Source of the DNA: an uncultured candidate division Zixibacteria bacterium
Lineage (GTDB): Bacteria; Zixibacteria; MSB-5A5; UBA10806
Direction: 5' to 3'
Length of the DNA stretch: 64,000 nt
Assembly: GCA_963801605.1 (NCBI GenBank)
Contig: CAWDFP010000009.1
Span: 1-64,000, forward strand
The position numbers and the translations under genes are program-made. Under the pieces are notes generated by a model, which saw nothing but the letters and a program-made list of their open reading frames with translations, did not search any database and had not been told where the DNA came from. Below, in pieces: positions 48,150-58,221 of the stretch (the first letter of the stretch is position 1; every line of letters begins with the position of its first letter).

Positions 48150-49382
48150 ATGGGGAAATTGGTGTATTTCAGTATGTCGTGCGTAATCTGCGCCTTAGTA
48201 TTAGTAGTCTGTTCCAAACCGTCATCAAACGGTGAAAACACCGATGATAGTACTCCTCCAAATACCATTACAGATCTTTCTGTAGTCAATGTCACATCAA
48301 ATTCCATTACTCTGCAATGGACCGCGCCCGGAGATGACGATACTTTAGGGTATGCGACCGAATATGATCTGAGAGTTTCCTTTGATTCTATAACAACGGT
48401 AAATTTTTCGCAAGCATATCGCATTACCGGCGAACTTAACCCGGCTCCTGCCCGTTTTATCCAGCAGCATATAGTCGATATGCTGGAACCAGACAGCACC
48501 TATTATTTCGCTATCAAAGCCAGGGATGACGCTGATAACTGGAGTGGTCTTTCAAACTGCACGCACGGGCACTGCCCTGCAATCGCTACTGTCGCCTTTC
48601 CCGATTCCGCGCTGGAAAGAGTTATCCGTCAGTATATTCATAAACCAACAGGCCCCATTTTATCCAGCGATGTCGATACTGTCACTCAGGTAGATGCGCC
48701 AGGTCAGGGAATAGGAGATATTACGGGGCTTGAATATTTTACGTCATTACGCATCCTTATGATACCGAGCAATAATATTAACGACATCTCACCTCTATCA
48801 TATTTACATCAGCTTGGCGAATTGGATATAACCTTCAATCATATCAGCGATTTAACGCCGCTAACGGGACATGAGAGTATTTACCTGCTGCATATAGGCG
48901 AAAATCCCATAAACAATATCAGCGCCCTATCGAGTATTACCGCCCTGCGGCAATTCTGGCTTTATGAGACGCAAGTTACTGATTTTTCGCCACTTTACAA
49001 CTTGCCGCATCTCGAGGATATCCATTTTGCCAGCTGCAATCTAAGCGATCTCGGATTTATGGCTCATTTGACTCATGTGAAAATAGCCCAGCTTTCCAGC
49101 AACCATTTTACGTCAGTCGCTCCATTGGCCGGCGACACGGCCTTAGTGGGACTGGGATTGGATTTCAGCGATATCAGCGATTTGACACCGTTAACGGGGC
49201 TCCACAATCTCAACAGCCTCTCTCTTCACTCTAACAACGTAAGCGATATCCAGCCGCTTGTAGATAACCCCGGCATTGCCTCAGGGGATATTATCTACCT
49301 TAACAATAACCCTCTATCTCAGGTATCGATAGATTCGCTGATTCCGGCTCTCGAGGCCAGAGGAGTGACCGTAATACGATAA
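48150..49382 (+). CDS. Probable lipoprotein with an FN3 domain and internalin-like leucine-rich repeats
   Basis: Signal ending VV-C, DSTPP..ITDL...WTAPGDD...TYYFAIKA.D (FN3), FPD.ALE cap, repeated N.I.DL.PL units. Confidence 0.85.
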   Translation: MGKLVYFSMSCVICALVLVVCSKPSSNGENTDDSTPPNTITDLSVVNVTSNSITLQWTAPGDDDTLGYATEYDLRVSFDSITTVNFSQAYRITGELNPAPARFIQQHIVDMLEPDSTYYFAIKARDDADNWSGLSNCTHGHCPAIATVAFPDSALERVIRQYIHKPTGPILSSDVDTVTQVDAPGQGIGDITGLEYFTSLRILMIPSNNINDISPLSYLHQLGELDITFNHISDLTPLTGHESIYLLHIGENPINNISALSSITALRQFWLYETQVTDFSPLYNLPHLEDIHFASCNLSDLGFMAHLTHVKIAQLSSNHFTSVAPLAGDTALVGLGLDFSDISDLTPLTGLHNLNSLSLHSNNVSDIQPLVDNPGIASGDIIYLNNNPLSQVSIDSLIPALEARGVTVIR

Positions 49383-49448
49383 TCCTGACAGATTTCTATC
49401 TTTAGCGTACCATACCGCGAACTTTAGCTTCTTGAATACGGTTATTAT

Positions 49449-49477
49449 GACTCGCAAGCGATGCGAGTCTTTTTTTT
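49449..49477 (+). terminator. Intrinsic terminator directly before the TMEM175 RBS
   Basis: GACTCGCA-agcga-TGCGAGTC followed by 8 T. Confidence 0.8.
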
Positions 49478-49488
49478 AGGAGCGATAA

Positions 49489-50064
49489 ATGAGCAAAAAT
49501 CGTATGGAAGCCTTCAGCGACGGTGTAGTAGCAATCCTCATCACGATTATGGTGCTGGAACTGCACACCCCGCACGAATTTTCACTATATGCTTTAATCC
49601 CATTGTTTCCAGTATTTATAAGCTACACCCTCAGTTTCATTTTCCTCGGTATTTATTGGAATAACCATCATCACTTGCTTCAGGCCATCAAACATGTCAA
49701 TGGGGCAACGCTTTGGGCCAACCTGCATTTGCTTTTCTGGCTTTCACTAATCCCATTTGCCACCAGTTGGATGGGATCCAGCCATTTTCAGGGATGGCCG
49801 GTGGCCCTATATGGCGTTGTCTTATTGTTGGCCGCAGTAGCGTACTTTATTCTCGTCAGGGTATTGCTTGCGATTCACGGACCGGAGTCATTGCTTAAAA
49901 TCGCTATCGGCAGTGATTTTAAGGGGAAAATATCTGTTGTTATCTATTTAGCGGGCATTTCCGTGGCCTTTGTTAGCACCTTACTTTCGTGTTTGCTTTA
50001 TTTATCGGTAGCAATAATATGGCTGGTACCGGATCGACGTATCGAAAAGGTAATAGAGCGGTAA
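49489..50064 (+). CDS. TMEM175-family (DUF1211) potassium channel
   Basis: RMEAFSDGV.AI.IT, YW.NHH, about 6 TM segments, PDRRIE. Confidence 0.92.
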   Translation: MSKNRMEAFSDGVVAILITIMVLELHTPHEFSLYALIPLFPVFISYTLSFIFLGIYWNNHHHLLQAIKHVNGATLWANLHLLFWLSLIPFATSWMGSSHFQGWPVALYGVVLLLAAVAYFILVRVLLAIHGPESLLKIAIGSDFKGKISVVIYLAGISVAFVSTLLSCLLYLSVAIIWLVPDRRIEKVIER

Positions 50065-50255
50065 CGGCGATTCGCTAAATGACTGCTCGTATTCCCGGAT
50101 AATTATCTACATGATTTTTCCTATAATTAAAGCATTGTAAAGATCTTATTATTTAATTCGTTTTTCTCCCTCCCATTTTGGAGACGGGAACCTATTCACG
50201 GCATTTTTGTGTTTTAAGGCCATATTGAGATCAAAAATATCGAAGGGGCCACACT

Positions 50256-51185
50256 ATGAGAAATATTATATTGGTAATATTAATTTCGCTGGGATTGGTC
50301 AGTATATCGAAGACCCCGGTAAGAGCTTGTTCCGTTTGCCGCTGTGGCGATAATGGCTGCCAATTCTCCGAGCAAACCCTGACACCATCGAGCGATAGGG
50401 CCGATAGGCGATTTAGGCTAGGGCTTAGCAATTCCTATTCAGCTAAATCCAACGCTCTCAGTCCCGAAGAGGGGATGGGCAATGAAAAGCAACGAGAAAT
50501 GCGGCCATCGCTTAAGGCGTCATATAGAATGCTAAGTCAGCTCAATCTCTCAGCGGAATTCCCCATAAGTTTTAAGAGGCTGGAGGCCGTTTCGAGCGAT
50601 GGGAAAGAAATAAATAAATCATCTGGTTTGGGCGATGCCGAATTAACCGGCTCATGGATGTCGAATATCTTTTCGGGATTGAGTTCAACCTACTCTGTTG
50701 GTCTCAGCGCCGCGTTGAAAGTACCATCAGGGCAGAATGACCTGCAATTTAATGGCGAACGTCGGGATGAGCATCTGCAGGCCGGAACCGGCAGTTATGA
50801 CTACACGGTCGGCGGCGGGTTGGTCATGACTACATTCGAAAACAGAATGTTTACCAGTTTTTATTATCGCCACAATGGCACCAATAAATTTGATTATCAT
50901 TATGGTCACGCTACCTTGTTTAATCTCGGCCTGCAACGCGGTTTATATTCCTGGCTCGATGGTCTCTTGCAGCTTAACGCCAGATATGCCCGGGCCGATA
51001 TCGATAATCATGAGATTGTCGATAATACCGGCGGTTGGGTAGGGTATCTTACGCCGGGTGTTCGTTTCTCGCTTGGGAATGTCGGCAGTTTTTCGGCCTC
51101 GGTTCAAATCCCGATCTGGCAGGATTTGAACGGCGATCAGACTGAGAAAGCGGTGCTGTTGTCGGGCTTTACCGTAGGGATTTGA
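50256..51185 (+). CDS. Outer-membrane beta-barrel 'transporter' family protein with an N-terminal CxxCxC motif
   Basis: Signal peptide then ACSVCRCG; GLGD, K.P.G, Q.GTGS.D, NTGG..Y.TPG motifs of MetA-pathway/phenol-degradation-like barrels. Confidence 0.65.
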   Translation: MRNIILVILISLGLVSISKTPVRACSVCRCGDNGCQFSEQTLTPSSDRADRRFRLGLSNSYSAKSNALSPEEGMGNEKQREMRPSLKASYRMLSQLNLSAEFPISFKRLEAVSSDGKEINKSSGLGDAELTGSWMSNIFSGLSSTYSVGLSAALKVPSGQNDLQFNGERRDEHLQAGTGSYDYTVGGGLVMTTFENRMFTSFYYRHNGTNKFDYHYGHATLFNLGLQRGLYSWLDGLLQLNARYARADIDNHEIVDNTGGWVGYLTPGVRFSLGNVGSFSASVQIPIWQDLNGDQTEKAVLLSGFTVGI

Positions 51186-51210
51186 CTTAATCAAATAGAG
51201 TTGTAAATTC

Positions 51211-51261
51211 AAACGCCGGCAGAGTGATAGTCACAATATTATCCGCCGGCGTTTTATTTTT
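51211..51261. terminator. Terminator between convergent genes
   Basis: AAACGCCGGC...GCCGGCGTTT stem with a T tail on the plus strand. Confidence 0.7.
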
Positions 51262-51290
51262 GCTAAAATGGAATTAGCCCTGCTATTTCG

Positions 51291-53538
51291 TTAGTTTGCT
51301 TTTGAACGACCTTTCCCTTTTTCCGGAATCAAGGAATGCCCGGTCGCCAGACCGAATATAAACAGGACTATCGTTAAAATACCGATTGCAAAAACGATAT
51401 CGCCCGGGTGCTCGCAGCCATTTGAAGATTGTGACAGTCGGCGAATATAGAAAATCGCTGCTGCGGGCGAACCAGTAACCATGTTCTACCGAGGCCCAGG
51501 TCTGCAAAAAGCCGACCGGCAGAAGACTGAGCAATACCATCAATCCTAATCCTCCGTTGATAGCCCAAAATGCGAATTTTATGATATTATCTTTCCAATC
51601 TCGGGTCACATAAAGTACGCGAAGGCAAAACAGCATCAGACCCAAACCCAGAATACCGTAGACCCCAAACAGCGCGGTATGGGCATGAACTGGAGTCGTA
51701 TTAAGCCCCTGCATGTAGTAAAGCGCTATCGGGGGATTAATCATGAATCCGAATAATCCGGCCCCAACCATGTTCCAGAAAGCCACCGCGATGAAGAAGT
51801 AAATTGGCCACTTATATTTTTGCGCCCATTGAGTAGAGCGTATCAAACGTATATTATCCCAGGCCTCGAAACCGACTATCGTAAGTGGCACCACCTCAAG
51901 TGCGCTGAATACTGCTCCCATCGCCATTACCACTATCGGAGTCCCCGAAAAATACAAATGATGTAGTGTCCCGATAATACCGCCGGTCAGAAATATTGTC
52001 GTCGAAAAAAGTACGGCGGCATTTGCGGTTTTTACTCTGATCAGTCCCAGGCGCGCGAATAAAAATGCGATTATAACTGTCGCAAAGACCTCAAAGAATC
52101 CTTCCACCCAGAGATGTACCACCCACCAGCGCCAATATTCTATAACCGAAAGATGAGTATTCTTCCCCCACATCAAGCCTGCCATATAAAAGCCGCCTAT
52201 GGCGACAGCGGAAATCAGGAACATTATCATCAATGGCTTCTGATCGTTATTTTTTCTTATACCGATTAAGACATTCCTGCCGACAAGATAAACCCAGAGC
52301 GCCAGCCCAATAAATAATGCTATCTGCCAAATCCTTCCCAGATCGACATACTCAAGACCCTGATGTCCGAACCAGTACCAACTGTTGCCGCCCAGGTAAC
52401 CCTTAACGCTTAGCCATTCGCCGGCTAAGGAGCCTAAGACTACCGTCACAAGGGCCACAAAAAGCACATTAACACCGAACCGTTGCCCTTTTAGCTCCAC
52501 ACCGCTGACTGTCGGGCCAATGAATAATCCGGCAGCAAGCCAGGCCGTAGCTATCCAGAATATCCCAAGCTGTGTATGCCAGGTCCGGGAAACTGCAAAA
52601 GGAATCCATTTGGCTATCGGGATACCATAAAAACCAGCTCCTTCTACACCATAATGCGCCGATATCACCCCCATGAACATCTGTATTAAAAATAAGCCCG
52701 ATACAGCCCAGAAATATTTAATTATCGCTTTCTGCGATGGCGTAGGCTGAAATCCTAACAGGGGATCAGCCGCTGGAATATGATCTGCCGTCATATTTTT
52801 GGTCTGAGATGCATGATACCAGACCATGGAGCTTATTCCTGCCAGAAGCATGATGATGCTGAAGCCGGTCCATATGATGGCGTCGCTGGTTGGATTATTG
52901 TCAATAAGAGTCTCATGCGGCCAGTTGCTGGTATAAGTCATGCTTTGGCCGGGACGATCAGTAGATGCAGCCCAGGATGTCCAGAAAAAGAATGAGGCTA
53001 GCTTTCTGATTTTGTTATCGTCTGTCAACGTATTTTGCGGAATAGCGTAACGCGGCTCGCCGCCCTTAAACAATTTTTGATAATAAACTACATTATTCTC
53101 GAATGCCTCCGCTCGAACAGGGTCAACGATTATCTGTCCCGTTTGTGAGTTATAGCTGTTTTTCCGCATTAAATTTTTAAGGCGTTCTCTTAGGGCTGCC
53201 CGTTGTTCATCGCCTATTTTATCGTATATCTGACCATAATCGGTGACGGCCCATTTATCGAGAATAAATACGCATTCGCGATGCAGATAATCGGCGGTCC
53301 AATCAGGCGCTACATAACTGCCATGCCCCCAAATGGAGCCTAATTCCATGCCGCCCATACCCTGCCAAACCTCCTGGCCAGCTTCAATCTGCCCAGCCGG
53401 CAGAACAACTTCTCCGGTAGTAGTGACAACGCTTGATGGTAAGGGAGGCTTTTCATGATAGATTCTGAAGCCGGCCCATCCTAAAACCGCAAATGAAATA
53501 ATTATTACCAATGCAAAAGAAATCCAGAGACGTCTCAT
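51291..53538 (-). CDS. norZ: Quinol-dependent nitric oxide reductase (qNor; one indel near the C-terminus)
   Basis: GSIWGHGSY.APDW, RTWHTQL, WWVVHLWVEGFFE, GTLHHLYF, HAHTALFGVYG; true tail RAPGDIVF lies in ORF 51291-51482. Confidence 0.95.
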
Positions 53539-53722
53539 ATTGCCCAATCCTTTCTGCTGATGTACAGGTATTTAAACCAATATATTTCGTAAAAGGAGCC
53601 CAAATCAATAATAATTAGCCTATTAATTATCCCAACTCCGCTACGCGGGATATCTTTAAAAAGTAATATCGTATAGTATAATCGCATGTACATATCCAAA
53701 TAGGTGATAAAAAAATATCCTA

Positions 53723-54124
53723 TTACCTTTTCGACACCAGCTCGGCGACAGTTGTGCTTTCAAGAAACCTTAAATATTCGTCTCGTATTTTTGACCATCG
53801 ATTATGAACTGCACAAGGGGAGCTGCTGGAGCATTTGTTTCGCCCCAAAAAACAGCCATTCCATTTGCTGACTTTTTCGATCGGCCCTAAAATATCCAGA
53901 AGCGTAATTTTACTTGCCGGAATTGCCAGTCTGAAACCGCCGCCAAACCCCTTTTGAGATTCTAAAATTCCCTTTTCGGCCAGCTGTTTAAGCATTTTAC
54001 CGAGATAGTTTGCAGGCGCGCCTACTGCCCCGGCTATCTGCGATGCGCCGGAGTATTCTCCTGGCTTAAGTTGAGCCAGTAAGGTAAGGGCGAGAGTAGC
54101 GTGTATTCCTGTTTTTGAAATCAT
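53723..54124 (-). CDS. Rrf2-family transcriptional regulator with three Cys (probable Fe-S)
   Basis: YL.K..KQL..G...S.KG.GGGF.LA winged HTH; CFLGRNKCSSSSPCAVH. Confidence 0.92.
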   Translation of the reverse strand: MISKTGIHATLALTLLAQLKPGEYSGASQIAGAVGAPANYLGKMLKQLAEKGILESQKGFGGGFRLAIPASKITLLDILGPIEKVSKWNGCFLGRNKCSSSSPCAVHNRWSKIRDEYLRFLESTTVAELVSKR

Positions 54125-54133
54125 AATATTACC

Positions 54134-54174
54134 TAATCACATGTCAATATGTGATTACTAAACGTAAGTGTCAA
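54134..54174 (-). promoter_or_regulatory. Rrf2 gene promoter with a palindromic operator
   Basis: Minus-strand TTGACA (54174-54169)-17 nt-CATATT; perfect inverted repeat TAATCACAT-N6-ATGTGATTA (54134-54157) overlaps the -10. Confidence 0.7.
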
Positions 54175-54287
54175 GTAATTTGTTTCGGGAATTTGCACCT
54201 TTGCGCAACTCAGCCAGGCCGAAAGCTATTTATTTACCGAATTTGAGCTAGCTTTCAGGATGTATAAAAATATTATATAGGTTTTAA

Positions 54288-55223
54288 CTAAAACAGTATT
54301 ATGCTTATAATCGCGGTTAACAGGAGCGCCACTATTACTGAAATAGTATGCAGGGCCCCGATTAAAATCGTCTTTAAAATAGTCATAAGGCGGGATTGGC
54401 CATAAACGCTTCTCAATCCACAATAACAGTAGACGCCCAGAACTATCGGTACTACCAGATACAGAAAGTCCCAGTTAAGTAATAAACGAATGATTATAAT
54501 GAGCGTCAAAAGCAGATAAATAAAGCTATGAAAATGTACCGAAAAAACCAGGCAATCGATGTAATACTCTGTCTGCTTTCTATACAGAAGATACATATAC
54601 AGGGCGAAAATGGGCATCAGGACGAATGTCATATAGGATACGGCGCCACGCAGTTTATGTTTGAATTCGGCTTTTCCATCGGTTTCAATGCGTGAGAGTT
54701 GCCGAGCCATGAATTTGTTGATTACTGTCTTCTCGATATGTTGTGCATCAAAGACCGAATCTATTTGGTTTTCGTTCAGGCCTTTCAGAAGTTTTGATTG
54801 AATATTGAAAAGGGTAAGATTTAGCCCAATTGATTCGCCGCCTTCAACTGATGTCGAGTCCTGCAATGCTCCATCATTAGGTGGTTCTACCCCAATATGT
54901 CTTTTCCCCCCTGATAAGGACAATATGAGAAAGAAGATAAAGCTCAAGAAAATATACATCCTAATCGGCGGCACATAACTGACCCGCCGCCCGGCTTTAA
55001 ATTCGTTTGTTAATAACCCCGGCTTGAATAGAAGCAATCCGATTGTACGGAATGACTTGCTATCGAAATGAAATATGCCCTCTAATAGTTCGAGAATTAA
55101 ATGATTGAAAGGTATCCTTAAATCATGATTAGGCTGGCCGCATTGCCGACAAAACCTATCGCTTGCCTGAAGCATTTGGCCGCAATTGGGGCATACCGCT
55201 GATATCTGACGTTTGTGAGCCAT
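54288..55223 (-). CDS. DUF3667-domain membrane protein
   Basis: CPNCG...FCRQCGQ zinc ribbon, PG.LT.E...GRR..Y.PP.R.Y. Confidence 0.85.
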   Translation of the reverse strand: MAHKRQISAVCPNCGQMLQASDRFCRQCGQPNHDLRIPFNHLILELLEGIFHFDSKSFRTIGLLLFKPGLLTNEFKAGRRVSYVPPIRMYIFLSFIFFLILSLSGGKRHIGVEPPNDGALQDSTSVEGGESIGLNLTLFNIQSKLLKGLNENQIDSVFDAQHIEKTVINKFMARQLSRIETDGKAEFKHKLRGAVSYMTFVLMPIFALYMYLLYRKQTEYYIDCLVFSVHFHSFIYLLLTLIIIIRLLLNWDFLYLVVPIVLGVYCYCGLRSVYGQSRLMTILKTILIGALHTISVIVALLLTAIISIILF

Positions 55224-55339
55224 AGATGATAGTATATCAAAGCGCGGTATTTATGACAATAGCATAATGCTTGATCAACTGTGCATGTCGGTTCCCACGG
55301 AGAATTATATATGATTTCATTCCTCTTACAGGAATTCCG

Positions 55340-55852
55340 CTACAACCAGAGCATCATTTCTTCATCATCAATATATCGACCATCCGGGAGTTTGAAGCCA
55401 TGTAGAATCAGCCCGGTTGTGAAAAAGCCTAATGATGTATATAAAGTACGTGCCTCGGTCTGAGTCACAGATACTACCAGGGTTAGCATCTCCAATCCCT
55501 CAATCCTGCGCGCTTCTTCGATGAGGTGCTTCATTAGGGCTTTTGCTATGCCCTTGCCTCGCCCCTCGGGACGGGTATATACCGACCAGATCCAACCCCT
55601 GTGACGTTCCTTCAGCGAGTCTTCGCGCTTAAACGCTGCAGTCCCCATAATTCGCTCGCCATCGTAGGCTGCCAATACAAAGCTTTCCGGGAAAGTGTCG
55701 CGCGGTGACATCCACTCCAGAAGCTTTTCATCGGACATTCCTGCCACTTCTTCGGGCGTCTGACTGAATGCTTCCGGATGATTACGGCACATTTCGGTAC
55801 GGATCTCCCGAAATGCGGTCATATCGAGCGGGGTAAGTTTTCGCATGTTCAT
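55340..55852 (-). CDS. GNAT-family N-acetyltransferase
   Basis: HPEAF, KERHRG.IWSVY, RGKGIA acetyl-CoA loop, LY.SLGF. Confidence 0.9.
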   Translation of the reverse strand: MNMRKLTPLDMTAFREIRTEMCRNHPEAFSQTPEEVAGMSDEKLLEWMSPRDTFPESFVLAAYDGERIMGTAAFKREDSLKERHRGWIWSVYTRPEGRGKGIAKALMKHLIEEARRIEGLEMLTLVVSVTQTEARTLYTSLGFFTTGLILHGFKLPDGRYIDDEEMMLWL

Positions 55853-55984
55853 TTTAATATTCTTCTCCCAATCGTCTTCTTCAGCGGATAAGCAATTATG
55901 CGGAATCATGTTATAGCAAAATCAAAATTGGCTTTTCGAAAATATAATGACAATCGGTAAAAGAAGATCCTTTTGCGCCATTGC

Positions 55985-57292
55985 CTAATATTTCCGAATT
56001 AGATAAACTCCCTTTGCTTTGGAAACAACCTGCCACCCTGGATTCAGTTTCAAGGTGTATCCCTCGCCCATAATTGGGTTTCCTTCGAGCTTTTCCGGCG
56101 CGGCCAGCATGAAATAAGTCCAATTATTCTCCCGGATTATCCCATTCGTGACATCGAGGACACCAAAGTCACCGGAGAGCTTGATTGTCTTATAAATTAC
56201 GCCTATCGTATCGTACGGGACAAGCCTTTCCTGGGGGTTGAATGTCAGTTGCAGGTTATTATTGGGGATAATTAACTTCCCGTACTTGTCTATTCGATTC
56301 TGAATATCTTTGGCAAGCTGTCCAGAATTTTGGGTCAAGATTACAGTTCTTAGCGCTTCGACATCGTATTTGCCACCTATAGCGTTAAAGGCAATTTTCT
56401 GTTGCGCTTCTCCTTCAGGCGTGTGCCAGTTGATAGCGGCTGCCAATAACCCGGGCAGATCGGCGCCATTTTTCACTTTCTCCCGCCAATCGCCGCCAAA
56501 TCGGTCAAGCAATAAGCCAATGGCCGGCCCTGTATAGTAGGCAAACGAATTAGCCAGTCCCTCGATGCTCTCACCTGACCGGAGTTTTCTGACAACAACT
56601 TTCCCAAGAAGGGAATCGGGCGCGCCGCATAGCTTCATGCCTGTGTACTCGGCAATTCCCTCGGAGCGCTCAAATGCGTTTTCGTTATTAGCGGGGAATT
56701 GAGATTGACGGTATTTCCGCAATGTCAGTGCATCGGAAATAGCGTCTGCTCGTTCTCTACTGTTTGTAGCTTGAATCGCCCGGCCAAGGGCGCGGAATTC
56801 AAGTAAAATTAATAATCTTCCCTCGTTCTCATCGAGATGCACATTCGATGTCACCGTCTCTTGTATGCCAAGTTCGTTCTGAATCCTATGCCAGCTCTCG
56901 TGAATCAGGAGCATCGTTCGCTCAATCGGGCCAGTGTTGGAAAGAGCATCCCAACGGACCATAGTCCAATGAGTCCCCGACCAATCGATAGCGGTATTGG
57001 CCATGCCAACCTCGGGATCGATTTTTCCGATAAATACCCCGTTATCTTCGGTCAATTTTTTATTACGATCCGCTTGATTCGCGACCAACTCAAACGTCTG
57101 AGGATCGACAATCATGGTCGGACCATATAATTGTACTCCCCAAAGCTTTCCACCGTCGGCATCGCAAGCCTTTTTCAACTCGGCATAGTATTGTCGAGCC
57201 AATGTCAGATCAATTATACCGGCCGCGGACGAAGCTGTGCCCGGCAATAATGACCACAGCCCGATTAGCAAAATGAAAAATATCTTTCTCAC
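55985..57292 (-). CDS. Secreted hypothetical protein with a gluzincin-like HExxH...EGxAEY motif
   Basis: Signal peptide, LIHESWHRIQ, EGIAEYTG. Confidence 0.6.
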   Translation of the reverse strand: MRKIFFILLIGLWSLLPGTASSAAGIIDLTLARQYYAELKKACDADGGKLWGVQLYGPTMIVDPQTFELVANQADRNKKLTEDNGVFIGKIDPEVGMANTAIDWSGTHWTMVRWDALSNTGPIERTMLLIHESWHRIQNELGIQETVTSNVHLDENEGRLLILLEFRALGRAIQATNSRERADAISDALTLRKYRQSQFPANNENAFERSEGIAEYTGMKLCGAPDSLLGKVVVRKLRSGESIEGLANSFAYYTGPAIGLLLDRFGGDWREKVKNGADLPGLLAAAINWHTPEGEAQQKIAFNAIGGKYDVEALRTVILTQNSGQLAKDIQNRIDKYGKLIIPNNNLQLTFNPQERLVPYDTIGVIYKTIKLSGDFGVLDVTNGIIRENNWTYFMLAAPEKLEGNPIMGEGYTLKLNPGWQVVSKAKGVYLIRKY

Positions 57293-57531
57293 GTTTTTCC
57301 CTCGATTACCCTGTTACATCGGTTTTTAGAATATTTCAATTTACGAATTCCCGGCAAAATATTAAGTTCCCTGATAAGTATATTACCTCGTTTAAAAAGC
57401 ACTGGGTAAGAACTTTTCAGTTCTTACGCAGGTTATTTATAATAGAATACGAAGAACAAAGATAAAATGTTCTCCTTTTAATATGTGAATATTGATCTAT
57501 TGCTAATCGAAGCTTTTCAAGGGAAGGGTAT

Positions 57532-58092
57532 ATGAGGAAATTAATTGTACAGATGATGGTGTCCATCGATGGCTATTTCGAGGGAACTCGCGGGGAACTT
57601 GACTGGCATGTAGTGGATAGCGAATTCAATGATTTCGCTATAGAAAATCTGAAAAAGATTGATACTCTTGTATTTGGACGGCTTACCTACCAGCTAATGG
57701 CCGGTTACTGGCCATCCAAAGATGCGCTCGCCGACGATCCCATTGTAGCCGGATTTATGAACAGAATGGCCAAGGTAGTGTTTTCGGAATCGCTCGATAA
57801 AGTCGAATGGAGCAATTCGAGACTGGTAAAGAGCGACCCGGCTGCGGAGATAAAAAGACTCAAAAAATTGCCAGGTAACGAAATTGCCATCTTCGGGAGT
57901 TCCCTGCTGACCGCGGGATTAATAGACCAGAACCTCATAGATGAATATCGCATAATGGTCAATCCCGTGCTATTGGGCGACGGTAACTCTCTTTTCAAAG
58001 GGATAAAAATCAGGCTAAAATTAAAATTGGTAAATACACAAATTTTCAAATCGGGTAATGTGCTTTTATGCTATCATCCGATAGATAGTTAA
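57532..58092 (+). CDS. Dihydrofolate reductase-like (RibD C-terminal) protein
   Basis: MMVSIDGY, GRLTY, K.VFS, GSS.L, IDEY...PVLLG.G. Confidence 0.92.
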   Translation: MRKLIVQMMVSIDGYFEGTRGELDWHVVDSEFNDFAIENLKKIDTLVFGRLTYQLMAGYWPSKDALADDPIVAGFMNRMAKVVFSESLDKVEWSNSRLVKSDPAAEIKRLKKLPGNEIAIFGSSLLTAGLIDQNLIDEYRIMVNPVLLGDGNSLFKGIKIRLKLKLVNTQIFKSGNVLLCYHPIDS

Positions 58093-58221
58093 GTGATTTC
58101 TGGCTATTACGTCTTATCTAAAATACTCGATTGCCTAAAAGGAGAATTACAATTCTGTGAAATTATATATTCAGTTCGTACGTAATTGATATACGGCAGT
58201 TTCAATTCTGTTTGGCATATA

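Noticed and set aside
51291..53538. Nitric oxide dismutase (Nod) instead of qNor
   Set aside because: The canonical qNor motifs HLWVEGFFE and HHLYF are intact, without the substitutions expected in Nod.
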